NCBI GenBank assembly: GCA_963715195.1
Contig: CAVQRT010000007.1
Location: 128,001-192,000, forward strand
Reading direction: 5' to 3'
DNA: 64,000 nt
Source: Thermodesulfovibrionales bacterium
GTDB taxonomy: Bacteria; Nitrospirota; Thermodesulfovibrionia; Thermodesulfovibrionales; SM23-35
Positions within the stretch are counted from its first letter, which is position 1. The number at the start of each line of letters is the position of its first letter. Shown here one piece after another: positions 51,348-61,243 of the stretch. The notes under the pieces are model-generated. The model made no database searches. It was given only the letters and a program-made list of their open reading frames with translations, and was not told the DNA's origin. A program made the position numbers and the translations under genes.

Positions 51348-51944
51348 ATGGCAATCAATAGAAAAATTGCACCTTTCTTCGCGATTTGTCTATTCTTCCT
51401 TGCTCCGCAGGTCTTCGGTGCTTCAGAGCAGTTCAAAGGGATGGTATATGACACGGGAACTCTTACACCAGTTGACAGCATAGCAATCCTCAAAACCGGC
51501 ATGAAAGCTCCCGACTTCACGCTTCCATCCATATCAGGAGAGAAGGTTACCCTGAGCCGGTATCAGGGGAAAAAGAATGTCGTAATCTCTTTTGTCCCCG
51601 CAGCATGGACGCCTGTCTGTTCAGACCAGTGGCCTGGATACAATATAACGAAAAGTTTTTTTGATAAATATCATGCCGTTCTTCTCGGCATTACCGTTGA
51701 CAATATACCGACGCTGTTTGCATGGACACAGGAAATGGGAGGCGTCTGGTTCCCGGTGCTGTCGGACTTTTATCCGCACGGTGCCGTATCCCAGAAATAC
51801 GGAGTTCTTCGTTCAAGCGGAGTCTCCGAAAGAGCCCTGTTTGTCATCGACAAACAGGGACTTATCCGCTATATCGATGTTCATGATATTAACAGGAGAC
51901 CTCCCTTTGAAGCGTTAGTGAAGGAACTTGAGAAGCTTGAATAA
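51348..51944 (+). CDS. Exported peroxiredoxin-like (AhpC/TSA) protein
   Basis: APDFTL, PAAWTPVC (PxxxTxxC) and ERALFVIDKQG. Confidence 0.88.
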   Translation: MAINRKIAPFFAICLFFLAPQVFGASEQFKGMVYDTGTLTPVDSIAILKTGMKAPDFTLPSISGEKVTLSRYQGKKNVVISFVPAAWTPVCSDQWPGYNITKSFFDKYHAVLLGITVDNIPTLFAWTQEMGGVWFPVLSDFYPHGAVSQKYGVLRSSGVSERALFVIDKQGLIRYIDVHDINRRPPFEALVKELEKLE

Positions 51945-52503
51945 GAGACGTCTTACAATCCTTCTTGTATTTCTCTTTGCGTCTGCTTTTTCTCTGAGTC
52001 AGATATACGCGAATGGAATGTCGCTGCCGAAAGCTGGATATCTTCCGAAAATATTCTTTAAAGATTCTGCGTCAATCGAGGCGATGAAATACCTCGGGCT
52101 ATCCCGAAAGAAGAATTTCTCACTGGACGATATGCACGGATCACTTTTTGTCATTGAGGTATTCAACACTTACTGTACTACGTGTCCAAGAAATGTGCCG
52201 GTCCTGAACGATGTTTATGCTGCTGTCGAAAAGAATGCTGAGGAAAAGAGAACAATAAAAGTCTTCGGTATTGCTATCGGGAATACCGAAAAAGAGGCCG
52301 GGGATTATAAAACACGCCACAACGTCCTTTTCCCGGTATTGACTGATTACGATTTTTCAATCCATAGCACTTTGGGCAATCCAAGGGTTCCCTATACGCT
52401 CTATCTCAAAAAGACTGCAAAGGGATATCTTGTTGTCGACACTCATCAGGGTGTCCTCGATTCAGCAGTGGCCTTTCTGGAAAAAGTGCGCATGCTGAAT
52501 TGA
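51928..52503 (+). CDS. Second TlpA/redoxin-family protein (start uncertain)
   Basis: Signal peptide, NTYCTTC and RVPY; resembles the 50759 gene. Confidence 0.8.
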   Translation: MRSLNKRRLTILLVFLFASAFSLSQIYANGMSLPKAGYLPKIFFKDSASIEAMKYLGLSRKKNFSLDDMHGSLFVIEVFNTYCTTCPRNVPVLNDVYAAVEKNAEEKRTIKVFGIAIGNTEKEAGDYKTRHNVLFPVLTDYDFSIHSTLGNPRVPYTLYLKKTAKGYLVVDTHQGVLDSAVAFLEKVRMLN

Positions 52504-52543
52504 CATGCTGTATTTTTTACAGCGCTGCCGGAGGAGGGAACAA

Positions 52544-53110
52544 ATGAAACGCTTTATCCTGATCGTATGCATGATCTTGTCTGCAGGGTGTGCCTCGTTC
52601 ACCGTCAATTACGATTTCGATCCTGAATCAGATTTTACCCGTTTTAAGACCTATGCCTGGTCACCACCCTCGGAAAAATCAACAATAAGCGAACTGTCAG
52701 CGAAACGCATTAAGATCGCTGTGGACAAGCAATTGGCAGCCAAGGGACTCACATCAGTGTCAGAGAATCCTGATATGTTTGTTGTCATGTTTGCAGGGAG
52801 GGAAAAAAGAGTCGATGTTCAGGAATGGGGTTATGGGTACGATGACCGGGATTACCGCGATAATATCTGGCATCCGGGAAGACCCCCTGTTTTGCCTGAG
52901 AGACGCGATTTTTTTGAATACCGGCGAGGGGTTGATTCCTATGAATACGAGGTCGGTTCGCTCGTGATTGATTTCGTCGATGCACACAAGAAGGAACTCG
53001 TATGGAGGGGAACCGCATCCGGCATCATTGATCCGAGCAAAACCGCAGAACAGATCCATAACGTAATCGCCAAAATGCTTGGGAATTTCCCGCCGCCAAA
53101 GGGACAATGA
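52544..53110 (+). CDS. DUF4136-like lipoprotein
   Basis: Lipobox LSAGC, DF..FKTYAW and GSLVIDFVDA...LVWRG; AGGAGG RBS. Confidence 0.85.
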   Translation: MKRFILIVCMILSAGCASFTVNYDFDPESDFTRFKTYAWSPPSEKSTISELSAKRIKIAVDKQLAAKGLTSVSENPDMFVVMFAGREKRVDVQEWGYGYDDRDYRDNIWHPGRPPVLPERRDFFEYRRGVDSYEYEVGSLVIDFVDAHKKELVWRGTASGIIDPSKTAEQIHNVIAKMLGNFPPPKGQ

Positions 53111-53134
53111 ACAAACCTGGTCTGTTCAATACCT

Positions 53135-53497
53135 TCAATACTTCATTGCCTTGTTCGTACCGAAGAGGCTGCTGATCTGCAGGTGAACCTTCATGTTCAT
53201 CTGCGATGCTTTACAGTGGCTGCAAATGTAATTGAGGAAGTAATCATCTGACTTTCCGATGTTGACAGCGAGCTTTAATCCATTGTACGTAAAACTCTTT
53301 TCCCCGCTGCATGCCTGATGTCCGCAATAAAACCGGATGTCCGGTGTTGCGATGTTGAAAAAGGGCCCATCAATCTCTATTACGTCTTTGACGGAGCACA
53401 CTTTCCCGGGGGGACTTTTTTCGAGGAATGAAATCCACGAAACAGGACCTGCCTCAGAGGGGCGGTCTATTTGATGTAATAGCCGGATACCCGCCAT
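53135..53497 (-). CDS. Hypothetical protein with Cys pairs
   Basis: ATG 53497 after AAGGA; CGHQAC and CSHC; overlaps upstream gene by 31 nt. Confidence 0.45.
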   Translation of the reverse strand: MAGIRLLHQIDRPSEAGPVSWISFLEKSPPGKVCSVKDVIEIDGPFFNIATPDIRFYCGHQACSGEKSFTYNGLKLAVNIGKSDDYFLNYICSHCKASQMNMKVHLQISSLFGTNKAMKY

Positions 53498-53895
53498 TTG
53501 CCGTCCTTGTCCAGCATGGGGGTAATGGTCTCGATTGAGGATTTTTTGTTGGCAAAATATGTTTCGTATTGTATGACGACGTATTCGCCGTCCGGCGCTC
53601 CCGGCAAGCTTGTTGCATACTGCTTTGATTTTACCGTCCTTTTGACAACTTTGCCGAGAGGTTTTCGGACCGCGCTCAGGGATTGATGCCACAGCTCCTT
53701 GCTGAGAGCATCCCTGAAATAGTGAGCAGCTTCTTCCCAGCTCTCTGCGTACTTTCCATTATCGACCAATGTCAGCCATGCCCGGGATGCCTCAAGTGCC
53801 TTCTGCACAGCGTTCTCATGCGCAAGTGCCGGTATGCCTGAAACGAAAACAACCAGTACCGATAGTATGGCGAAAAAACTTTTTTTTCGGTTCAT
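53467..53895 (-). CDS. DUF4019 family exported protein
   Basis: WLTLVD.GKY..SW, LPGAPDGEY and WRVSGYYIK. Confidence 0.88.
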   Translation of the reverse strand: MNRKKSFFAILSVLVVFVSGIPALAHENAVQKALEASRAWLTLVDNGKYAESWEEAAHYFRDALSKELWHQSLSAVRKPLGKVVKRTVKSKQYATSLPGAPDGEYVVIQYETYFANKKSSIETITPMLDKDGKWRVSGYYIK

Positions 53896-53924
53896 TGCAT
53901 GATCTTTGCCATAAAGCGTTTCTA

Positions 53925-54101
53925 TTACTGACTGGTTTCAGTATGTTCCGGAATTAATGCTTCAGATTCCACAGGCTCAGATTCCACAGGCGTTGTGTCA
54001 CCTTTGCTTAACCGCTTCTGACGCTTTACTTCCTGCTTCTTCTGTCTCTTCAATTCTTTTTTTCTTTTGTCGCTTTTATACATACCTGAACGCTTTGCCA
54101 A
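53925..54101 (-). CDS. Small Lys/Arg-rich protein (58 aa, not in ORF track)
   Basis: TTG start after AGGGGG; MAKRSGMYKSDKRKKELKRQKKQEVKRQKR with acidic tail. Confidence 0.65.
   Translation of the reverse strand: MAKRSGMYKSDKRKKELKRQKKQEVKRQKRLSKGDTTPVESEPVESEALIPEHTETSQ
53962..53991. repeat. 15-bp tandem duplication
   Basis: TCAGATTCCACAGGC x2, in frame as PVESE x2. Confidence 0.85.
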
Positions 54102-54132
54102 AATGTCCCCCTAATTAATGAATAAACAGTCT

Positions 54133-54336
54133 TCAGTCTTTTTTGACCTGTCTTTTCAACCGTACCCCCTTCATTTTATTCTTCTGTGCCTGCCGCTGTT
54201 TTGTTTTCATTTTGACCGATGGCTTTTCATAGAAGACTTTTTTCTTCAGATCTGCCATGAGGCCTTCTTTCTGAAGTTTTCTCTTGAGAACTTTTAAGGC
54301 TTTTTCGAGGTCTTTGCCATCTACCTTTATCTCCAA
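54133..54336 (-). CDS. rpsU: 30S ribosomal protein bS21
   Basis: LEKALKVLKRKLQKEG...FYEKPS. Confidence 0.85.
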   Translation of the reverse strand: MEIKVDGKDLEKALKVLKRKLQKEGLMADLKKKVFYEKPSVKMKTKQRQAQKNKMKGVRLKRQVKKD

Positions 54337-54650
54337 CCGCCTGATCCTCTTCTTCCGGAAGACCTTCCCTGTCCGGACCTTCCGGCATCTCTTCCTCTTG
54401 CGGTCTGCGGCCGTGCTTCGCTTACGTTCAGAGTTCTTTCCATGAATTCACTGCCATTGAGCTCCGCGACAGCCTTATCTGCATCTTCATTCGAGGACAT
54501 CTCGACAAAACCAAACCCTTTCGGGCGTCCCGTCATGTTATCCATGATTATCTTTACAGACTCAATCTCGCCGAATTTCTCGAACAACTGGCGCACGTCA
54601 TCCTCACTGGCTCTATATGAGAGATTGCCTACATAAATCTTCTTTGACAT
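54327..54650 (-). CDS. RRM RNA-binding protein with Gly/Arg tail
   Basis: IYVGNL (RNP2) and KGFGFVEM (RNP1). Confidence 0.94.
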   Translation of the reverse strand: MSKKIYVGNLSYRASEDDVRQLFEKFGEIESVKIIMDNMTGRPKGFGFVEMSSNEDADKAVAELNGSEFMERTLNVSEARPQTARGRDAGRSGQGRSSGRRGSGGWR

Positions 54651-54934
54651 CGGTTCTCCTTCCGGTATCTTTGATATTGATGCTCTTTACCCTTTGCGGC
54701 AAATATCACAGGGATGAAAAAAGGCCTCCTTTCCTGCACACTGTTTTGAAGTTCAAGGAGTACATGTCATAAGAAATTCAGTAATGACTCAAGGACTTGC
54801 GACCTCAACATAACAAAATACTCCGTTCGCTCAGCGCTTAGCATAACACAGGAAAAAACTGGCAGTCAATTGCAGAAGATTTACAGAATATTCTTGTCAT
54901 GATTGTTTCCATTTCTTATACTAAGAATATTTTT

Positions 54935-55528
54935 ATGCAACAGGGAATTATAGAAAATCTTATTGCGCAGCTCACAAAGCTCCCCGGGATAGGAAGAAAA
55001 ACCGCTCAGCGGCTTGCCTTTTTTATTCTGTCGATGCCTGCAGAAGATGCTCGCGGACTCTCACAGGCAATAAACGAGGTAAAGGACCGCGCACGCTTCT
55101 GCAGGGTGTGCTTTAACATCACTGACAGCGATGTATGTTCCATCTGCGATAATCCCTCACGGGACAGGAGCAGGGTATGTGTTGTAGAAGAACCGAGCAA
55201 TATCCTTGTCATTGAGAGGTCGAGAGGGTTTGAAGGACTGTATCACGTTCTGCTTGGCGCCCTTTCACCGATCGATGGGCTGACTCCCGACAGGCTTAAA
55301 ATGAATGAGCTGATTGAACGGGTCAGAAACAACTCGATTCAGGAGATTATCATCGCAACAAACCCGAATACCAAAGGAGAAATGACGGCCCAGTATATTC
55401 GTGAGCTCTTGAAACCGTTTCCGGTTAAAGTGACACGGATTGCCTACGGGCTTCCCATCGGCGGCGATATCGAGTTTGCAGACGAAGTAACCCTCGGCAA
55501 AGCACTCGAAGGCAGAAGAGAAATGTAG
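54935..55528 (+). CDS. recR: Recombination mediator RecR
   Basis: LPGIGRKTAQRL, C4 Zn finger, Toprim domain and TRIAYGLPIG. Confidence 0.96.
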   Translation: MQQGIIENLIAQLTKLPGIGRKTAQRLAFFILSMPAEDARGLSQAINEVKDRARFCRVCFNITDSDVCSICDNPSRDRSRVCVVEEPSNILVIERSRGFEGLYHVLLGALSPIDGLTPDRLKMNELIERVRNNSIQEIIIATNPNTKGEMTAQYIRELLKPFPVKVTRIAYGLPIGGDIEFADEVTLGKALEGRREM

Positions 55529-55577
55529 GGGGAGAGATGCGTCTCACGCAATGTATGCTTCTGGTTGTAAAGGTGTT

Positions 55578-56690
55578 CTATATCGATACAGGATTCCTAT
55601 ACTCCTCCGTTATAAAATGTTCTTCCTGAAAATTATTGTTCAGGAGAACACTTTCAAGAATCTTGTTTCTTTCTTCTCTCTGCTTTTTTTCGGTGCTCGT
55701 CTTAACTGAATTCTTCAGATAGAGGAAGGCTTCGGCGTACGAATCATCGTTTTGGTCTCTGAGGAAGGCATCTAGATCCTTTTCTTTTGAGACGCTTATT
55801 ACTTTCTTCATAAAGTCAGCATATTGAGAAGCCATGGCTGAAGGAGATGTCAAACGATGCTGATTCAGGGCAATAAAAGCCCAGAGACTGTAAATATTGT
55901 TTAATCCCTTTGCATATTTCGAGACTGCGGCATTGTGTGCTTCCATATTCAGAATATACTTTTTTGTGGACTGGAGTCTGTTTGCAAATGCAAGCTCATC
56001 AAAATCTACCACTGTCTCTTCCGGAGAATCATATTCTGCATAGAGATCATCAAGCAAGTCCTGGTCATAACCGAGAATGCGGTTCTTCAGAAGAACAGCG
56101 AGGAGTTCCGATATAAGCTGAACGTCTTTCATCCTCCTCAATCGCGCCTTGGTCGCGATACCAAACCGTTCCCATTCTTCCTGTTCTGCTTCTTTCTCGG
56201 CCACCCTGATAAACCATCCATCGTATCTGGCATGCCGCATTTCTTGACGCTCAAGCTTCCTCGAATTCCTGTTGAGCCGGTCAAACACCTCATTAATGAC
56301 TATGCTGTCTTCGATATCCATGAATTCGACCGGTAAAGCGTAGCGGAGAAACTGCGTATTCAGATCCAGATCATGTTCGATCTGCTTCCACTTTTTTCCG
56401 TTCAGCTTCTCGTTTCCATAATCCTTATCCATTGCGATAGCATTTTCAAAATATTGAATGACTGTTTCGAGGCGCTGTTTTCCGTCCACGACATGGTAGA
56501 TCATTCTTCCCTGTTCCGAATCGATTTCCTTATGGAGAAAGACGGCAGGGCTCGGGTAATTCCGGAAAATCGTATCGAGGAAGAATTTCCTGTCCTTCAA
56601 TGTCCAGACACTCCTCCGTTGATACGGAGGATCAAGATTCAGTTGACCGTTCTGATAGAGGTCGAGAAACCAGGTAATATCTCGTTTCAT
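55578..56690 (-). CDS. DUF262 (GmrS/ParB-like) domain protein
   Basis: PPYQRRSVW, VVDGKQRL and FDRLN. Confidence 0.85.
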   Translation of the reverse strand: MKRDITWFLDLYQNGQLNLDPPYQRRSVWTLKDRKFFLDTIFRNYPSPAVFLHKEIDSEQGRMIYHVVDGKQRLETVIQYFENAIAMDKDYGNEKLNGKKWKQIEHDLDLNTQFLRYALPVEFMDIEDSIVINEVFDRLNRNSRKLERQEMRHARYDGWFIRVAEKEAEQEEWERFGIATKARLRRMKDVQLISELLAVLLKNRILGYDQDLLDDLYAEYDSPEETVVDFDELAFANRLQSTKKYILNMEAHNAAVSKYAKGLNNIYSLWAFIALNQHRLTSPSAMASQYADFMKKVISVSKEKDLDAFLRDQNDDSYAEAFLYLKNSVKTSTEKKQREERNKILESVLLNNNFQEEHFITEEYRNPVSI

Positions 56691-56727
56691 AACATTCTCC
56701 TTTTTTCACTGAAATTTCATGTATGCA

Positions 56728-58044
56728 TTATGCCGGATGTATCTTTTCACGCCATTTCCTGGCTTTACATAAAATCTCCCCCTCATCAGCGGTCAGGAGA
56801 TTTCTGTCGTTGATAACCATCTTCCCGTTCACCATGACAGCCTCTACATCCGAAGCCATGGCACTATACACAATATGAGAATAGATGTTATAAAGAGGCG
56901 TCATATGAGGCTTATTGAGATCCATTACGATAATATCGGCGATTTTCCCCTGCTCAATGCTCCCGATCAGATCACCGAGGCCTAATACCTCGGAACCCCA
57001 TCTGGTTGCCATCAGCAGGGCTGTTTTTGCATCGAGAACCGTCGGATCACTCGAGAGTGCTTTATGAATTTTTGCTGTGGTAGACATTTCACTCAGGATG
57101 TTCAGGTCATTGTTGCTTGCTGCGCCGTCGGTACCGAATGATATCTTCACGCCTGCGGACAGCATGGATACGACAGGTGCGAATCCTGAGGCGAGCTTCA
57201 AGTTGCTTTCCATGCAGTGAGAAACGCCCACCTTATGCTTTGCGAGGAGTTCGATTTCGTGGTCATGCAGCCATATGCAGTGGGCAGCCAGTACTGATTC
57301 ATCCAGAAAGCCGAGTTCTGCGAGATATTCAACCGGTCTCTTATGGTATCTGGCCATAACCTCCCCTACCTCCCACTGCGTTTCGGAGAGATGAATATGC
57401 AGGGGAACATGCAATATTTCTGCGAGGGTTTTAGATTTCTTCAGGGTCTCAGGCCCGCACGTATAGAGTGCATGGGGAGCGATGCAGGGGGTTATGAGTT
57501 CATCATCCTTCCATTTTCGTACGAACTGTTTGGCGTTTTCGAGATATTCATCAGCCGTCTGCGCAGAAACCGAGGGAAAATCGAGGATTCCGCTACCCAG
57601 GACAGCCCTCATGCCGATACGTTTTGATGACTCACCTGCAGCATCTTCAAAAAAGTACATATCATTATAGGTGGTGATACCACCCTTCAGCATCTCCAGA
57701 CATGCCAGCTCAACGGCATCGGAGACAAACGCAGGGCTCAACCAGGAATTCTCTGCGGGCCAGATATGATTATTCAGCCAATCCGTCAGCGGCAGATCGT
57801 CGGCTATCCCTCTGAAATATACCATTGCAGCATGGGTGTGCGTGTTAACGAACCCGGGAAGGACCACCTTTCCGGTTCCATGTAATATTGTTTGAGCAAG
57901 GTACTTGCCGGATATATCCTCGGAATCCCCGACATCAAGGATTTTATTGTCCCGTATCGCAACTGCGCCTTTTTCGATTACGGTAAGGGATTGATCCATG
58001 GTGAGGATATAATCGCCACAGATAATATGATCAGCCGGTATCAT
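56728..58044 (-). CDS. Amidohydrolase, MTA/SAH deaminase-like
   Basis: PGFVNTHTH, HIHLSET, AAHC and GTDGAASNN. Confidence 0.88.
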   Translation of the reverse strand: MIPADHIICGDYILTMDQSLTVIEKGAVAIRDNKILDVGDSEDISGKYLAQTILHGTGKVVLPGFVNTHTHAAMVYFRGIADDLPLTDWLNNHIWPAENSWLSPAFVSDAVELACLEMLKGGITTYNDMYFFEDAAGESSKRIGMRAVLGSGILDFPSVSAQTADEYLENAKQFVRKWKDDELITPCIAPHALYTCGPETLKKSKTLAEILHVPLHIHLSETQWEVGEVMARYHKRPVEYLAELGFLDESVLAAHCIWLHDHEIELLAKHKVGVSHCMESNLKLASGFAPVVSMLSAGVKISFGTDGAASNNDLNILSEMSTTAKIHKALSSDPTVLDAKTALLMATRWGSEVLGLGDLIGSIEQGKIADIIVMDLNKPHMTPLYNIYSHIVYSAMASDVEAVMVNGKMVINDRNLLTADEGEILCKARKWREKIHPA

Positions 58045-58094
58045 TCAGATAAATTCGGGATCCTCGAATCCTTGTCCCCTTGAACCCATATCCT

Positions 58095-59114
58095 TTACGC
58101 CATTTCGATAAGTTTCTCAGCGATCTGGACAGCGTTCAGGGCAGCGCCTTTTCTCAGGTTGTCTGCAACGATCCACAGGTTAATGCCGTTGTCGATCGTT
58201 TCGTCCTCCCGTATCCTGCCGACATATGTTTCATCCGTACCGGCAACATCGATGGGTATGGGATACAGTTTTTTATCCGGTGCATCATATACGACTACAC
58301 CGGGGGCTGAAGACAGAATTGCCCTTGCTTCATCCGGAGACAACTTATTTTCAGTCTCGATATTCAAGCTTTCGGAGTGACAACGGAAAACAGGAACCCG
58401 AACGGTAGTCGCTGTCACCCTGATCGTATCATCTCCCAAGATCTTTTGTGTCTCATTCACCATCTTCATTTCTTCCTTGGTGTAACCGTTTTCAAGAAAT
58501 ACATCGATCTGGGGAAGGACATTAAACGCTATCTGATACGGGTAGACATTACAGGCCACTTCCTTGAAATTGAGGAGGTCCGTTGTCTGCCGCATGAGTT
58601 CGTCTATCGCTTTCTGTCCGGTGCCGGAGACTGACTGAAATGTCGTTACAACCACCCTTTTGATTTTTGCCGCGTCGTGGATCGGTTTCAGCACAACTAC
58701 CATCTGGATGGTGGAGCAGTTCGGATTTGCAATGATTCCCTTGTGCCACCTCAGATCATGCGGGTTCACCTCGGGGACGACGAGGGGTATTTCAGGGTCC
58801 ATTCTCCACTGGCTCGAGTTGTCGACGACAACACATCCTGACCGTGCCGCAACTGGAGCCCATATTCTTGATCTCTCTGCACCTGCCGAAAACAGTGCAA
58901 TGTCAATACCTGCAAACGACCTGTCATTGAGCGTTTCAACTGGTATAGTCGTATCTCCAAATTCTATATGTTTCCCTTCTGACCGTTCTGAGGCAAAGAG
59001 CCTCAGTGTCTCTATAGGGAACGATCTCGCTTCAAGCGTCCTGACCATCTCCGTTCCAACCGCACCGGTTGCTCCAACAACGGCTGTCACATATTTCCCC
59101 TTTTTTTTGAGCAT
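58095..59114 (-). CDS. asd: Aspartate-semialdehyde dehydrogenase
   Basis: VGATGAVG, NPNCSTIQ and DNLRKGAALNAVQIAE. Confidence 0.96.
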   Translation of the reverse strand: MLKKKGKYVTAVVGATGAVGTEMVRTLEARSFPIETLRLFASERSEGKHIEFGDTTIPVETLNDRSFAGIDIALFSAGAERSRIWAPVAARSGCVVVDNSSQWRMDPEIPLVVPEVNPHDLRWHKGIIANPNCSTIQMVVVLKPIHDAAKIKRVVVTTFQSVSGTGQKAIDELMRQTTDLLNFKEVACNVYPYQIAFNVLPQIDVFLENGYTKEEMKMVNETQKILGDDTIRVTATTVRVPVFRCHSESLNIETENKLSPDEARAILSSAPGVVVYDAPDKKLYPIPIDVAGTDETYVGRIREDETIDNGINLWIVADNLRKGAALNAVQIAEKLIEMA

Positions 59115-59261
59115 AGAAGGATATCCTCCGTTCCGGGATGATGTCGTGAATAATGAATGACTTATTATAATCATTGACTCCGAAAAAACAATACCGGATG
59201 CGGATTGCTAATTCCCGTGAAAAGAAATTAAAATGGTCAATTATGTCAGTGAGGAGGGCGA

Positions 59262-60167
59262 ATGGGGTTTTTTGATCGATTGAAAGAGAGCCTGACAAAG
59301 ACTCGAAAAGGCTTTGTTGAGAAAGTTGAGACATTGTTTGCAGGACGGAAAATTGATGAATCAACACTTGAAGAGCTGGAGGAAATTCTGATCATGTCCG
59401 ATGTGGGAGCGACAGCGGCAGCGGATATTGTGACGGTCATTCGTGAGAAGGCAGGAAAAGGAGAGGCAAAGGATGTCGAGAGTGTAAAGGAGTTACTAAA
59501 AAGAGAAATGACAGACATGCTTGGGGATATGCAACCCATAGCAAATTCCGGAAAAAGCCCCTTTGTAATCCTTGCCGTCGGGGTGAACGGCGTAGGCAAG
59601 ACAACTACGATCGGAAAACTTGCCAGCAGATTTCACTCGCAGGGACTTTCCGTGCTCCTCGCTGCAGGAGACACCTTTCGTGCAGCAGGAATAGAACAGC
59701 TCGAGATATGGTCACAAAGAGCGGGCACTCAGATTGTCAAACACCAAAGGGGGTCGGATCCCGCGGCAGTCGCTTTCGATGCAGTTTCTGCAGCGGTGAG
59801 CAGAAACAGCGACATCGTTATCATTGATACTGCCGGAAGACTCCATACCAAGAGCAACCTCATGGAGGAACTGAAAAAGGTCAGACGCTCAATCGACAAG
59901 GCGATGCCCGGTGCCCCCCACGAGACCCTGCTGGTTGTTGATGCAACAACAGGGCAGAATGCACTCAGGCAGGCCGAGATGTTTCACGAGGCGGTCGGGA
60001 TTACCGGAATTGCCCTGACAAAACTTGACGGCACTGCCAAGGGTGGAATCATCTTTGCCATCAGAAAAGGGCTCGGGATTCCGGTGCGTCTTATCGGGAT
60101 AGGTGAAGGGATTGACGACCTCAGGGATTTTGAACCGAAAGAATTTGTAGAGGCACTTTTTTCATAA
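59262..60167 (+). CDS. ftsY: SRP receptor FtsY
   Basis: [21 protein letters not shown] and [10 protein letters not shown]. Confidence 0.97.
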   Translation: MGFFDRLKESLTKTRKGFVEKVETLFAGRKIDESTLEELEEILIMSDVGATAAADIVTVIREKAGKGEAKDVESVKELLKREMTDMLGDMQPIANSGKSPFVILAVGVNGVGKTTTIGKLASRFHSQGLSVLLAAGDTFRAAGIEQLEIWSQRAGTQIVKHQRGSDPAAVAFDAVSAAVSRNSDIVIIDTAGRLHTKSNLMEELKKVRRSIDKAMPGAPHETLLVVDATTGQNALRQAEMFHEAVGITGIALTKLDGTAKGGIIFAIRKGLGIPVRLIGIGEGIDDLRDFEPKEFVEALFS

Positions 60168-60236
60168 ATGTGAACTGATTTTTGTCCGGAAGGCTGAAGG
60201 ATACGGAAAATTCTTCAGATATACTGTGGTCTGCGA

Positions 60237-60410
60237 ATGAAATACCTCATCATCTTTTTTCTTATCATCATTTTGATCGGCATTCTTGCCAACCGTGAAC
60301 TTGCCAGAGACAGAAAGAGAATTAATCAGATGTTGAGGGAATATTCATTTAGAACTTATTCACCTGATGAAGACGAAGAGATTCATCCTGAAAAAAAAGG
60401 GGGAAAGTGA
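60237..60410 (+). CDS. Small single-TM hypothetical protein (57 aa)
   Basis: MKYLIIFFLIIILIGILA plus charged tail; fills the ftsY-aroE gap; no clear SD. Confidence 0.5.
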   Translation: MKYLIIFFLIIILIGILANRELARDRKRINQMLREYSFRTYSPDEDEEIHPEKKGGK

Positions 60411-60415
60411 GCGGT

Positions 60416-61237
60416 TCAATGCTTCAGCAAAGCATTCCGCATGATGTCAACGTCGGGTTTCTGACCGGTCCACAATTCGAATGCCGATACACCCTGCCAG
60501 AGCAGCATGCCGAGGCCGTCAAAGGCGATACATCCTTTTCCTGATGCTACATCAAGAAGCCGTGTTTTTTTGTAGATAAGGTCATAGACAATCTGCCCCG
60601 GCCGCAAAGAGGAAGTATCGAGCGGCAGGGGATCATCATCTTTCAACCCTAATGGGGTCGCATTGATTATCATGTGATACTTTGCAAGAGCTGACAAATC
60701 ATTGCACAGCAGAGCATTATTCTTTATTCTATGTAAATCATCTGCAAGCTTCTGAACCCTGACTTTTGTCCGTCCGAACAGGGAAACGGATTTCACTTGC
60801 TGAACCAGAGCGTATCCCACGGCACGCGCCGCACCGCCTGCTCCGATAATAAGGATGTCCTTGTTTGCCAAATTGATCCTGTTTTCAGAGAGGGACTGCA
60901 TGAACCCTTTTCCGTCTGTGTTGTAGCCAGTGAGACTTCCTTCTGTGTTCACAATAGTGTTCACGGCACCGATGAAAGATGCCCCCGGATCAACCTGATC
61001 GAGGTAGCGAATCACGGTTTCTTTATGTGGTACGGTTACATTGATACCCCGGATATTCAGAGCCCGTATTGCCCTTATCGCATCTTTCAAATCATGAGGG
61101 CTGACGGGAAACGGGACATAACAGTAATCAAGCGAGAGCGCCTCAAAGGCCGCATTATGCATTGCGGGAGACAGCGTATGTTGAACCGGCCACCCGATTA
61201 TGCCGGTTATTGTTGTTTTCCCGTTGACACGCATCAC
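60416..61237 (-). CDS. aroE: Shikimate dehydrogenase
   Basis: SPAMHN, NVTVPHK, AVNT, NTDG and GAGGAA. Confidence 0.95.
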   Translation of the reverse strand: MMRVNGKTTITGIIGWPVQHTLSPAMHNAAFEALSLDYCYVPFPVSPHDLKDAIRAIRALNIRGINVTVPHKETVIRYLDQVDPGASFIGAVNTIVNTEGSLTGYNTDGKGFMQSLSENRINLANKDILIIGAGGAARAVGYALVQQVKSVSLFGRTKVRVQKLADDLHRIKNNALLCNDLSALAKYHMIINATPLGLKDDDPLPLDTSSLRPGQIVYDLIYKKTRLLDVASGKGCIAFDGLGMLLWQGVSAFELWTGQKPDVDIMRNALLKH

Positions 61238-61243
61238 GGCTCC

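Noticed and set aside
51618..51640. Vestigial SECIS after the peroxiredoxin Cys codon
   Set aside because: Only a 4-bp stem, too close to the codon, and the codon is TGT.
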